A stretch of 64,000 nt of DNA, from contig CBDCXR010000004.1 in assembly GCA_965223845.1 (NCBI GenBank), positions 7,040,001 through 7,104,000 of the forward strand, in the 5' to 3' direction. The number at the start of each line of letters is the position of its first letter. Position 1 is the stretch's first letter. This document shows, piece by piece, positions 49,285-58,974 of the stretch. The notes beneath the pieces are model-generated. The model was not told the DNA's origin. It ran no database searches and worked only from the letters and a program-made list of their open reading frames with translations. The position numbers and the translations under genes were made by a program. The DNA is from Planctomycetota bacterium. GTDB lineage: Bacteria; Planctomycetota; UBA8108; SXIK01.

Positions 49285-50178
49285 TCAGCCGACGTACTTC
49301 GGTCGCTCCGGGAGGCCGGTGCACTCCGTCGGATCGACGTCGGGCAGGTTCAGGATCGCGGTGTAGACGTCGTGAATCACTTCGTAGGGCGTCGAGGTGC
49401 CGGCCGTGATGCCGACGTGCTCGACGCCGACGAACCACTCCCGCTCCAGCTCCTCGGCCCGCTCGATATGGTGCGCGGCGACGCCGAGCTCTTCGCACAC
49501 GAGCTTTAGTTTCTTCGTATTGGAGGAATTGTATCCGCCGATGACGATCATCAGATCGACTTCCCCGGCGAGCTCGCGCACCGCCACTTGTCGGTCCTTC
49601 GTCGGCTGACAAACGGTGTCCGAGAACTCGACTTCCGCTTTCGGGAACCGCTCGCGGATCAGCTCGACCATCTTCGTGACGAAGTCGATCTGCTGCGTCG
49701 TCTGCGACACGATGCCGATGCGATCGTGACCGGCGAGTGACTCGATCTCTTCGGGCGAGCGGATCACCGTATAGTCTTCGAGGTCGCCGACGATGCCGCG
49801 CACTTCGACGTGAGACGCCTGGCCGATGACGACGGGGTGGTAACCGGCGCGCACGAACCGTGCGATCGCCTTGTGCACGCGGAGGACGAGCGGGCAGCTC
49901 GCGTCGATCACGCGGTAGCCCATTTCCCGGGCGCGCTGGCGGAGGCTCGCCGGTGCGCCGTGCGCCGTGATCATCACGTTCCGCGTCTGGATGTTCTCCG
50001 GCTCGAGCTTGTCGACGAGGTTGACACCGTTCGCGCGCAGCCGCTCGACGGTCTGCGGGTTGTGCACGAGCTGCCCGATCACCGTGAGCTCGTCCTTGTA
50101 CGCCGGGTCGAGCGCGAGGTCGATCGCGTCTTGGACGCCGAAGCAAGTGCCGAGGGCTTTCGCGACCGTTACGCGCAT
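49285..50178 (-). CDS. ispH: 4-hydroxy-3-methylbut-2-enyl diphosphate reductase
   Basis: GTCFGV, VHN, AHG, DASCPLV, SQTTQ, DTVC..T..RQ, SSNT, GITAGTSTP; start revised. Confidence 0.96.
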   Translation of the reverse strand: MRVTVAKALGTCFGVQDAIDLALDPAYKDELTVIGQLVHNPQTVERLRANGVNLVDKLEPENIQTRNVMITAHGAPASLRQRAREMGYRVIDASCPLVLRVHKAIARFVRAGYHPVVIGQASHVEVRGIVGDLEDYTVIRSPEEIESLAGHDRIGIVSQTTQQIDFVTKMVELIRERFPKAEVEFSDTVCQPTKDRQVAVRELAGEVDLMIVIGGYNSSNTKKLKLVCEELGVAAHHIERAEELEREWFVGVEHVGITAGTSTPYEVIHDVYTAILNLPDVDPTECTGLPERPKYVG

Positions 50179-50301
50179 AGAAGGCTCCGCGAGGAGGGGG
50201 AGAGCACCGTGTAAAAACTTGTACCCTAAGAAGATGCGCTCGGAGGCGCGCACGAGCCGGTGGATTCTATCGGCGGGCGCGGCGCGAGTAAAGCCGCGCG
50301 G

Positions 50302-51129
50302 TTACCCCGCGGCGCACGGGCCCGGCTGAGGTTCCACGGGCCGCTGCGCCGCGATCGCGTCGACGATGCGCTGGGTGAGCTCCTCGACCTCGTCGCGCGA
50401 AGGCTTCCCTGCGGTCTTGGCCGGCACGAGCACCGAGCCGCAGTGCACCGCCGTTCGCGACGGTGTGAAGAGCGCCTTCAGCACCGAGTCGTTCTGCGGC
50501 GTGCCGTCGATAAAGCAAGGTACGATCACCGCGCCGGTTTTGAGTGCGAGGAGGGCGACTCCACCTTTGGCGTCGTCGAACTCGCCACCCTCGCGAATCC
50601 CGCCTTGGGGGAAGACTCCGACGACTCGTCCCGCGCGGAGGAGTCCGAGCGCCGCCTTCGTCGCGGCGAGATCGTGACCGTCCCGGTTCACGGGAATGGC
50701 ACCGACGATCGAGCAGAACCACCTCAGGACCGGGACTTCGTAGTACTCGCGCGCCATCATGAAGTGGATGAGTCGCCGCGTCGTGATCCCGACGGCCAGC
50801 GGATCGACGCCGCTCCGGTGGTTCGCGACGACGATCGCCGGGCCCTCGCGCGGGACTGCGTCGAGCTCGAGCCGGACGCGCTGGCGATGGACGACTCGCA
50901 TGTAGCAGCGCGCGAGAAGACGCACGTGAGCGACGGCGAGGGTATCCTCGGGCCCTCGGAGGAGGAGGCTCACCGCGCTGAAGACGACGGCCGATCCGAG
51001 GCCGATTCCGAGGGCCCACCATCCGGCGAGTGCGAGGGTGTCGCTCGGCGCGACCGCGATCCCCTCGCCCGAGAGAGCGCGCGCTGCCGCCGATATCGCG
51101 CAAGTGAATTCGGCCGGAGTGAAACCCAT
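50302..51129 (-). CDS. plsC: 1-acyl-sn-glycerol-3-phosphate acyltransferase
   Basis: ANHRSGVDP, GAIPVNR, VFPQG, KGG motifs. Confidence 0.85.
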   Translation of the reverse strand: MGFTPAEFTCAISAAARALSGEGIAVAPSDTLALAGWWALGIGLGSAVVFSAVSLLLRGPEDTLAVAHVRLLARCYMRVVHRQRVRLELDAVPREGPAIVVANHRSGVDPLAVGITTRRLIHFMMAREYYEVPVLRWFCSIVGAIPVNRDGHDLAATKAALGLLRAGRVVGVFPQGGIREGGEFDDAKGGVALLALKTGAVIVPCFIDGTPQNDSVLKALFTPSRTAVHCGSVLVPAKTAGKPSRDEVEELTQRIVDAIAAQRPVEPQPGPCAAG

Positions 51130-51142
51130 GCGCAGCTCGCCC

Positions 51143-51712
51143 TCACCGAGTGAAGATCAGCACCTCCGATTCGCCGAACGAGCGCCGCTCGGTCGGCTCG
51201 TCCGGCAACTGACCGCTCCAGTCTGACGGGTGGCGAAACACCAGCGATCCACCGGGCTCGAACCACCGCGCGCCGAGGAGCTCCTCCAGCCGCTCGATCA
51301 CGCGCGCCGCGTCTTCTTCACGGCGAAACATCCTATAGGGCGGGTCGAGGAAAATGAACCGGAAGCTCTCGCCGATCGCTTGCTCAGCCGAAGGGGCCGG
51401 AGGCGAGGCGAGCGCGTCCTCGGCACGGATTTCCGCGCGAGATTGAAAGTGCAGTCGCCGCACGTTCTCCCGGAGGAGCGCGAGCGCCTCCCGGCCGGAA
51501 TCGACGAACACGCAGCGGCGCGCTCCGCGGCTGATCGCCTCGAGTCCGAACGAGCCGACTCCGGCGAACAGATCGAGCGCGTGCGCGCCGAGCGGATCGT
51601 CGATGAGCGAGAACACCGTCTCCCGAATGCGATCGAGCGCGGGGCGGATCGAATCAGCGCCCTGAGGCGTCGCGAGTCGACGCCCGCGGGCCTCGCCGGC
51701 GATGATGCGCAT
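51143..51712 (-). CDS. rsmD: 16S rRNA (guanine966-N2)-methyltransferase
   Basis: MRIIAG.ARGR.L, LDLFAGVGSFGLEAISRG, FLDPPY. Confidence 0.93.
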   Translation of the reverse strand: MRIIAGEARGRRLATPQGADSIRPALDRIRETVFSLIDDPLGAHALDLFAGVGSFGLEAISRGARRCVFVDSGREALALLRENVRRLHFQSRAEIRAEDALASPPAPSAEQAIGESFRFIFLDPPYRMFRREEDAARVIERLEELLGARWFEPGGSLVFRHPSDWSGQLPDEPTERRSFGESEVLIFTR

Positions 51713-51873
51713 CGCGATGGGCGGCCTCGAGAGTCAGCGGAGGGGGGCGCGGGACGACGGCGAGCCGGGTCGGCGTCGACTCTCACTCGCCGCCGGCGCC
51801 GGGGATCGGCGCTCGGGCGGCGAGCGAGGTCGAAGTTTGCTTCCGTCGGCCCTCGCCGACGTGACCCGGTGCT

Positions 51874-53154
51874 TCAGCGATTCTCGCGGGCGGGAAGCTC
51901 GAAGGGAAGCGCCGTCGTCGCCGAACGGTCGCCGATGAGGTCGCTCGCGAGGATCTCGATCTTGTACTCGCCGCCGGCGAGACTATCGGGAATCCGGTAG
52001 CGCGCCCAGAAGTTCACCGGTTCCGTGCGATCGGTGACGAGCTGGCGGCCGCTGTCCGCGGGGAGGAAGTCGAGCTCGTCGAGGACGTCTCCCCCCTTCG
52101 TCTTCAGGCGAAGCGACGCGGCGAATGCGCGCTCCCACTGGGGTTCGTCGTCCGGATCCTGCTGCACGCGATCCTCGGAGAACCGGCTGAACTCCCCGTA
52201 AATGAGGACTTCCGCACCGGGACGAATTCGCTCCGGCGGGAGCGGATCGTACTCGCCGGGACCGTCGATCTTGGCGGCGAAGCCGACGGATTCGAGAGCG
52301 AACGAGGTCGCGACCGGCGCCGGAGTGGGGGAGGGCTCCGTCCCGCTCGTTGCTTCGCTCTCCGCCGTCCCCGAGTCGGGGACGGATTCGATGACGACCT
52401 CGTGTTCGACTGCGTCGCCCGACTCGGGAGCCGTTTCATTCGCAGGCTCGTACGATTCGCCGTGCGCGGACTCCGCGGTGTCGCCGCTCGCGGCCGAGGA
52501 TTCGTCGGCCGCGGACGTCTTCACGACGGCGGGCTCGAGATCGGCCACGAGCGCACGGAGAATCCGGTCCGACTCGCTCTTCCGGCCGTTTTGACGGAGG
52601 TAGAGCGCCGTCATGATGAGCTGCTCTTCGCTGTCGGCGCCCGCGCTGAGTTCGTCGATCGCCGAGGCGAGGCCCTCCTCGTTCCACCCGGCGGAGTCGT
52701 CGTCGCTGCCGCCACCGTCGCCCGGCTCCGCGGGAAACTCCCGCAGGAGACGGTTCCAGCGTTCGCGCGACCGAGTCCGGAGCTCTTCGACGAGATCCGG
52801 TCTGCGGGTGGCTCCGGCGTCGGGACGCGGTTCGGTCAGCGCCTCCGAATGCGGGGCGGCAGCCGAGTCGCCGGTGCTCGAATCACCCGTGCTCGAATCG
52901 GCGGCGAGCGCGGGGGCGGCGTCCGCTTCGGTACCTGCCGACCGAACCGGCGCCGCGTGGATCGGCTCCTCCTCGAGTATGGGCGTTTTCCAAACCGGGC
53001 GGCTAGCGAACTGCTCGTCGACGAGCTTACGCCGAGCGGCGAGGTCGTCGCCCTCGGTGCTCCGGCAGGCGTTCACCAGCAGGGAGCCGAGGGCGAGGAC
53101 CGCGATCGCGCCGGCGCGGAAGGTGGTGGTGGGTTCGACGTGGTATTTCTGCAT
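51874..53154 (-). CDS. lipoprotein, hypothetical, with disordered linkers and C-terminal beta-sandwich
   Basis: AIAVLALGSLLVNAC lipobox; start revised to ATG 53154; C-terminal GEYKIEILASD. Confidence 0.65.
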   Translation of the reverse strand: MQKYHVEPTTTFRAGAIAVLALGSLLVNACRSTEGDDLAARRKLVDEQFASRPVWKTPILEEEPIHAAPVRSAGTEADAAPALAADSSTGDSSTGDSAAAPHSEALTEPRPDAGATRRPDLVEELRTRSRERWNRLLREFPAEPGDGGGSDDDSAGWNEEGLASAIDELSAGADSEEQLIMTALYLRQNGRKSESDRILRALVADLEPAVVKTSAADESSAASGDTAESAHGESYEPANETAPESGDAVEHEVVIESVPDSGTAESEATSGTEPSPTPAPVATSFALESVGFAAKIDGPGEYDPLPPERIRPGAEVLIYGEFSRFSEDRVQQDPDDEPQWERAFAASLRLKTKGGDVLDELDFLPADSGRQLVTDRTEPVNFWARYRIPDSLAGGEYKIEILASDLIGDRSATTALPFELPARENR

Positions 53155-53590
53155 CGCTCTCGATGGATCCCCTCCCTGAGGGCACCAGCTCGGACCTCTC
53201 ACCGGACTCCGCTCGCAGCGGGGTCGAACCGAGTGAGAGGGATCCGGGCCGGCCCAGATCTCAGATCCGCTCGCCGGAGGCACCACCCCCGCGAAACGAA
53301 CGGACCGTCTCCGGGGTTATCGGTCGTTCGGGCGGGCGCCTTGAGAGCTTTTTCGGAAAAAGTTTCGGCGGAGCTCGGGAGCGCCGATCGCGCCGGCTCG
53401 AGCGGGCCGCTCGGCGGCGCGCGATGCGGCAGCCCCGCCGGACCAGCCGGCACGGTCCCCGTTACCGGCGGGGTTTCAGTTCGCCGCCCGGCGCTGCCGA
53501 GATGGAATACGGTCTCGGTTTCATCTCCTCCCACCGCCGCTCCCGTCGCGGTTCGCGGCGCACTCGCTCGCCAACGAGAAGCCTTCCTCC

Positions 53591-53776
53591 ATGGAATCGC
53601 GCAAGATTCACACGTGTCGGCGCTGCTACTGCAAGGAGCACATCCCCACGCACCAGTACGTGAAGTTCGACCTTCGCGTGCACTACCTCTGCAAGCGCTG
53701 CTGGGAGGACTATCGGAGCTGGTTCTTCTGGGGACAGCGCCCGGAGCAGAAGAAGGGGGAGGAGGTCAGCTCCTAG
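53591..53776 (+). CDS. 61-aa putative zinc-binding microprotein
   Basis: CRRC...CKRC pairs plus His; composition unlike the GC shadow ORFs; fills an otherwise empty gap. Confidence 0.65.
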   Translation: MESRKIHTCRRCYCKEHIPTHQYVKFDLRVHYLCKRCWEDYRSWFFWGQRPEQKKGEEVSS

Positions 53777-53798
53777 CCCGGCGACGGTTGTACGGGGG

Positions 53799-54866
53799 TC
53801 ACTCGGCCCGCCGCGCGCGGTATTGGTGGAGCGCGTGGAGAAGGTCGAGCATGTCGCGGTGGAGAGGGGCTGAAAACGTCATCTCGTCCCGCGTCAGCGG
53901 GTGGCGAAACGAGATGCTCGCGGCGTGAAGCGCCTGACGGGCGATCAGCGGTTCCTCGTTCGATTCTCGGCCGCGCCGCTGGAGGTCCGTGCGGTAGATC
54001 TGCTTTTCGCGCCCGTAGAGCTTGTCCGCTGCGACCGGTAGGTGAAGGCTCGCGAGATGAACGCGGATCTGGTGCGTTCGGCCGGACTTCGGATAGAGCT
54101 CAACGAGCGCGTAGCCATCGAAGGCTTCGAGGACGCGGTAGTCCGTCAGCGCCTCCCGACCCGTTCCGTCCGTGCGGATCATCTGCTTCTTGCTGTGGGT
54201 GTAGCTGCGTCCGAGCGCGTAGTCGATGCGCCCCTCCCATCGCTCGGGGACTCCGCGCGCGATCGCGAGATAGGTCTTGTGCACGGTTCGCTCCTTGAAC
54301 TGAAGCGAGAGCGCGCGATGGGAGAAGTCGGACTTCGCGACGAGAAGGACACCGGACGTCTCCTTATCGAGCCGGTGCACGATTCCCGGCCGCTCCTCTC
54401 CGCCGATCCCCGAGAGATCGTCTAGCCAGTAGAGGAGAGCGTTGACGAGCGTGGGACCGGTCTGCGAAGGCGCTGGATGCACCGCGAGTCCCGCCGGTTT
54501 GTCGATCACCGCGAGGTGCTCGTCCTCGAAAAGGATCTCGAGCGGGATCTCCTTCGCCGTGAGATCCGGCTTTCGGGGCGGCGGCACTGTGCAGTGAACT
54601 TCGTAGCCGCTCGGCACCTTCGTCGAGGGCTTGACGTCCCGCCGCAGCGCGGGAATGGCGACGTAGCCCTCCTCGATGAGCTTCTGAAGGTGCGCTCGCG
54701 AGTGCTGCGGGAGCTGATCGGCGAGGAACTGATCGACCCGGACGGCCGAACCGGAGTTGACGAGCTCGTAGGTTCGGATGGCCTCCGGCGTCTCGCCTCC
54801 CGCAGGCGCAGACTCCGACCCCTTGTCGCCGGGTGAGGGGACGCTCGTCTGATCGTCGTTCGCCAA
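53799..54866 (-). CDS. rluD: RluA-family pseudouridine synthase with S4 domain
   Basis: RVDQFL..SR, DKPAGLAVHP, RPGIVHRLDKETSG, GRTHQIRVH, ALHA. Confidence 0.9.
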   Translation of the reverse strand: MANDDQTSVPSPGDKGSESAPAGGETPEAIRTYELVNSGSAVRVDQFLADQLPQHSRAHLQKLIEEGYVAIPALRRDVKPSTKVPSGYEVHCTVPPPRKPDLTAKEIPLEILFEDEHLAVIDKPAGLAVHPAPSQTGPTLVNALLYWLDDLSGIGGEERPGIVHRLDKETSGVLLVAKSDFSHRALSLQFKERTVHKTYLAIARGVPERWEGRIDYALGRSYTHSKKQMIRTDGTGREALTDYRVLEAFDGYALVELYPKSGRTHQIRVHLASLHLPVAADKLYGREKQIYRTDLQRRGRESNEEPLIARQALHAASISFRHPLTRDEMTFSAPLHRDMLDLLHALHQYRARRAE

Positions 54867-54911
54867 TCCAGTCGCGACCGCGTTCCGTCGTTCCGTCGTT
54901 CCTCGAGCGCC

Positions 54912-55700
54912 TTAGTTGCCGGATGGGGGCGGAGGCGTCGCAGCTTCCGTTTCCGTAGATTCGGCATCCACGGTCGGCGGTTCCGCGGGAGCCGTCTCTT
55001 CGGGAGCCGGAGCGGCGCCTTCGGCGGCCGATCCACTCGTCTCCGCCGCCGGCTCTGGCGTCGTCTCCGCGCCGGAGCCGCCCGGCGTCGTCGCCGCGCT
55101 CGCGTCGGCGGTGGAATCGGCTTCCTCGGGTGCTTCGGGCTCGGGCTCCGGCGCCGGGAGCCAGCTCCGGTCCGCGGCCGCCGCGAGGACCGCCTTCACG
55201 CCCTCGGCCCACTTGCGGAGATCGGGGTCATCGGGAAACGATTCCAGCGCGCGGTCGGCCAAACTGAGCGCGCGCTCCCGCGCGGTGTCGCGTGGGAGAC
55301 CGGGCGCCGCCGGCGTGTCGCCGGAGCGTTCGGCGTGGGAGAGGAAGAAGTTTCCGATCGTCTTCAGGAAGTACCGCTCGGCATCGCTTCCGCGGACGTC
55401 GTTGACGAGTGCGTCGATCTCGGGAAGGTTGACCGCGGCGTCGCTTCGCCGGGCATCGGAGCTCTGAACGTGCCTCCAGAGACGCGAGTTGTTCTCGGCG
55501 AGGCTCGACTCACCGAGCGAGTGGATCGCGGTAACGGCGCCCATGATGAGCGCGATGAGAACCGCGCCACCGAGAAGGTACGGACCGTAGCGCTTCAGCT
55601 TGTCGACCGCGGAAGACGCGACGTCCGAGAGGGACTCGTCGAGGTGCCCGACGTCGTCGGCGGTTTTGGGGTGCTGTGCCTGACCGGTTTGCTTGGCCAC
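54912..55700 (-). CDS. single-pass membrane helical protein (YfgM-like), hypothetical
   Basis: One TM helix, helical periplasmic part, Pro/Glu/Ala-rich tail. Confidence 0.6.
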   Translation of the reverse strand: MAKQTGQAQHPKTADDVGHLDESLSDVASSAVDKLKRYGPYLLGGAVLIALIMGAVTAIHSLGESSLAENNSRLWRHVQSSDARRSDAAVNLPEIDALVNDVRGSDAERYFLKTIGNFFLSHAERSGDTPAAPGLPRDTARERALSLADRALESFPDDPDLRKWAEGVKAVLAAAADRSWLPAPEPEPEAPEEADSTADASAATTPGGSGAETTPEPAAETSGSAAEGAAPAPEETAPAEPPTVDAESTETEAATPPPPSGN

Positions 55701-56483
55701 GTCGATGCGTCTCCCGACCTTTTATCCCCCGTTCGCTCGCCGAGCTCGGGCGCTGGCGACCCACGGCGCGAAACGGGGCTCGCGCTACGAGCCCGTTGAA
55801 ACAGTGCCTCGAGCCGAGAGTCGACTCGAGCGCGTTCAGATCGACCGCGGCGAACGCGGGTGATCTCCGTGATTAACGAGTATGGACGCGGCCGAGCTGA
55901 GCGTGAACGCGCCGTGTTCTCGGCCGAATGAGTTCTTCACCGGGCGACAGCCGTCTTGGCCGACCGCGCTACGCGGGACGCGAGACGACGACGAGGTCCC
56001 GAAGCGGAAACCGCGTCGTGCGCGACGCCGGGAGCCCGCTCGGCGCCACCGCGGCTGCGCTGCTGAAGCGGGCTATTCTACCAACCGGCCTTCGCTTTTG
56101 AAGCCGGACTCTGCTCGATCGGCGAGCGCAGCGGGAGCGCGACCGGTTCCAGATCGGCGCTAGGTGCCGGCGCCAGAAAGGGGGTCGGTGCGGCACGGTC
56201 CGCTCGGGCGGCCTCTCGGTCGCCCATCCGCGAGGATTCCTTCGGGACGCCAGGTCGAGAAGCCGGTCCTTCGACTTCGTCGCGGTTCTCGCGCCGGACC
56301 GGAGCTCGGCTTTAGCCGCCCGAGGGTTCGACCTCGTTCGGGATCAGCGGCCCTACGGCGAGACCGGGGGGCGCGAGGGCCATCGACGGTAAGTCCAGCG
56401 CAGAAGGCTCGCTGGAGGCTCCGCCGGCCGAATGGGACCCCGGCATCGGCGATGCCTCGCGTCCCCCGGTGCCAAGCTCGAAC

Positions 56484-57101
56484 TCAGTTCGCGCCGCGGG
56501 TCGCGACGGCGTCGGCGGCGGTTTCGCCGTCACCGACGGGAATCTCCTCCGGCGACGTGATCGCTTCGGCCGGCGTCGGTTCGAGCGGATCGTTCGTAAG
56601 GAATTCCTCGCGCGGCTGCGAGCGCGCAGTGTGCTTGAGGACGTCGATGTCGTCCGTCGTGAGCGACTCGGGACCGCGCGGGTGGATCGAGACCACCGCC
56701 TGCTTTACCGGACGGCCGAGCGCACTCGTAAACACCTGCGAAAGCTGGACGACCGCTTCCTCGCCGCCCTTCACGAAGGTGAATGTGTACTCCGGGCCGG
56801 TCAACTCGAGCCGCCGCGTGAGCTTCCAGCCCTGATCGGCCATCGCGCTCACGTACCACGGACCGAGATCCTGGAGGATCCCCGAGCCGTGATACACCCC
56901 GGTCCAGCTCCGGAACGTCCCGGCCGAGTGAAGGTCCGGCTGGAAGGACTCGCTGCGGACGAACTCGAACGTCTCCTTGACGGGGATGTCTTCCTGCTCG
57001 AGACCTTCGACGAGCGGGATTCCCGTGGGCGTCTGGGCGCAGCCGAGGGCGATCAACGGGATGAGCCACGCGACGCGGCTCGCTCTTTTCTCTCCGATCA
57101 T
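56484..57101 (-). CDS. lipoprotein, hypothetical
   Basis: VAWLIPLIALGC lipobox; DIPV..F...YHG..WY..M..QGW small alpha/beta domain. Confidence 0.7.
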   Translation of the reverse strand: MIGEKRASRVAWLIPLIALGCAQTPTGIPLVEGLEQEDIPVKETFEFVRSESFQPDLHSAGTFRSWTGVYHGSGILQDLGPWYVSAMADQGWKLTRRLELTGPEYTFTFVKGGEEAVVQLSQVFTSALGRPVKQAVVSIHPRGPESLTTDDIDVLKHTARSQPREEFLTNDPLEPTPAEAITSPEEIPVGDGETAADAVATRGAN

Positions 57102-57661
57102 GGTCGGACTCCTCTGTTCACTTCCGGTCACTCTTCACTACCGGGTAGTCACTTCTTCCCTTCCGGCCCGTTCCCTGTCGGCTCGTCCATTTCGGCCGAG
57201 TCGCTCCGGGCGTCATCCGGCCCTGTCGGGCGCGTCTCTTCTCGCGCCCGGCCGGTTCCTCGTCGCCCCGTTCTTCCCCGGTCGACTCGCCGCTGCCACC
57301 CGAACCGATTGAGCAGCAACGAATTACGGCCTTGAAGAACGGGCCCAGCGTACGACTTTTTCGGAACCGTGCAAGAGAATTCGCCGCGTGGCCGATGAAG
57401 GAATCAGCCCCCGATTCGCCGATTCTCCCCTCGCGAGGTACTCTCTAGGAGCCGTTCCGTCCTTCGAGCGCGAACCCCATGACGCTTCCCCTCGCCGAGT
57501 TCCGTCGACCGATCGCGCGCGCCTACGGGCGCGTCGATGCGTTTCTTCTGCGCCCGTGGGTGCAGTGCGCGCTTTTCGTCGCCGCGCTGAGTGTGAGCTG
57601 GCTCTTTCTCCTCTGCGGAGAAGCCCACTCCTGAGTGCCCGCGCTCGTCGCGAGCACCGTC

Positions 57662-58300
57662 CTATTCGGCCGCCGGCGGACTCGTTTCGTCGATCTCGTC
57701 CTCGAGATCCTCACCCGGCGCGCCCTCGAGATCGGGGAGCTCGGCGAGATTCTCTCCCGGATCCGTCGCCCCCTCGTTTTCCTGAGCCGCACTCAGACGC
57801 GCAGCGGCGCCGTCCCCAGGACGCGGCTCGGGCGACTCTGCGATCGTGTTGTCTTCCGTCGGAGCGGTCGCCTCGCTCGGGAAGAATTGGCTCTTCGCCG
57901 CCCAGGCCGCGAGCAGCAGTGCGGCCGCGACGGCCCACCGCCGTACGACGGGACCGAGGAAGCCCGCTTCCCGCCTCGGCGTCATCGGAGTGACGCGCTC
58001 GCTTTCGCCTTCGTTCGCCGGTGCGCCGTGAACCGCGCTGTTCACCCGGTCCCAGACCTGTGCCCACTCGGTCGCGCCAACGTCGGGAGCGGGATCGTTC
58101 GCCGCGGCGTCGTCGAGCCAGCGATAGAACTGCGCGGCCTCGCGACTCTCGGAGGACGCATCGAGGTGTGCCTCGACCTCGTCGCGCTCGGCGGCGGAGA
58201 GCTCACCGTCGACGTAGGCGCAGATCTTCTCGTCCATTCCGACGCTCGCGTCGTCGCGTTCGTGATCGTCGTTCGTGAATGCGAACTTGTCGCTGCCCAT
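57662..58300 (-). CDS. transmembrane anti-sigma factor (zf-HC2-like, Cys-less)
   Basis: AYVDGELSAAERDEVEAHL, TM RWAVAAALLLAAW; directly downstream of the ECF sigma gene. Confidence 0.85.
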   Translation of the reverse strand: MGSDKFAFTNDDHERDDASVGMDEKICAYVDGELSAAERDEVEAHLDASSESREAAQFYRWLDDAAANDPAPDVGATEWAQVWDRVNSAVHGAPANEGESERVTPMTPRREAGFLGPVVRRWAVAAALLLAAWAAKSQFFPSEATAPTEDNTIAESPEPRPGDGAAARLSAAQENEGATDPGENLAELPDLEGAPGEDLEDEIDETSPPAAE

Positions 58301-58362
58301 GCTGAACTCCGAGGGTCTCGAGTCTTGGTGTCGATTTCGAAAGTGATGGTCTCTGCTCAATC

Positions 58363-58974
58363 TCAGTCGTCGGCGCCCGACGGAATGGGCGGGTCGACTC
58401 CGAGTCGCTGCAATTGCTCGCGCAGCTTCTTTCGCGCGTAGAAGAGTCGCGACATGACCGTCCCGACGTTGCACTCGACGACATCGGCGATCTCGCGATA
58501 CGAGAGATTCTCTCCCGCGTGAAGGAGGAACACCGCACGGTGCTTCTCCGGCAGCCCGGCAACCGCCGAAGCGATCTGACCGGCGAGCTCTCGATCTTCC
58601 ACCTTCTGCGAGGGTGCCTCGACGGGCGCCCGTCCCGGAAGAGACGAGGCCTGGGCCTCGAGAAACGGCGTGTCGACTTCCTTGAGCGGCCGGTTCTTTC
58701 GGCTGCGAGTGAAGTCGATCGCGCGGTTGACCGTGATCCGGTAGAGCCAGGTGAAGAACTTCGAGTTCGTTTTGAAGCTGTGGAGGCTCTGGTGGACGCG
58801 AAGGAAGACCTCCTGCGTCACCTCGAGCGCGTCTTCCTTGTTGCGGACAAAGCGCTGCGCGACTCGGTAGACCCGATCGCGGTACTTGTCGAACAGAAAC
58901 TCGAAGGCGGCGGAGTCGCCGGCGAGGATCTCCTCGACCTTCGCGATGTCTTCTGCGTCGGATGGATCGCGCAC
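58363..58974 (-). CDS. ECF sigma-70 family factor (RpoE-like)
   Basis: GDSAAFE, EDALEVTQEVF, FFTWLYRITVN, LSYREIA..VGTVMSRLFYARKKL; probable GTG start at 58974. Confidence 0.93.
   Translation of the reverse strand: MRDPSDAEDIAKVEEILAGDSAAFEFLFDKYRDRVYRVAQRFVRNKEDALEVTQEVFLRVHQSLHSFKTNSKFFTWLYRITVNRAIDFTRSRKNRPLKEVDTPFLEAQASSLPGRAPVEAPSQKVEDRELAGQIASAVAGLPEKHRAVFLLHAGENLSYREIADVVECNVGTVMSRLFYARKKLREQLQRLGVDPPIPSGADD

Noticed and set aside
52860-52905. 15-bp duplication encoding DSSTG-DSSTG in a lipoprotein
   Set aside because: Short slippage duplication in a disordered linker with no sign of function.
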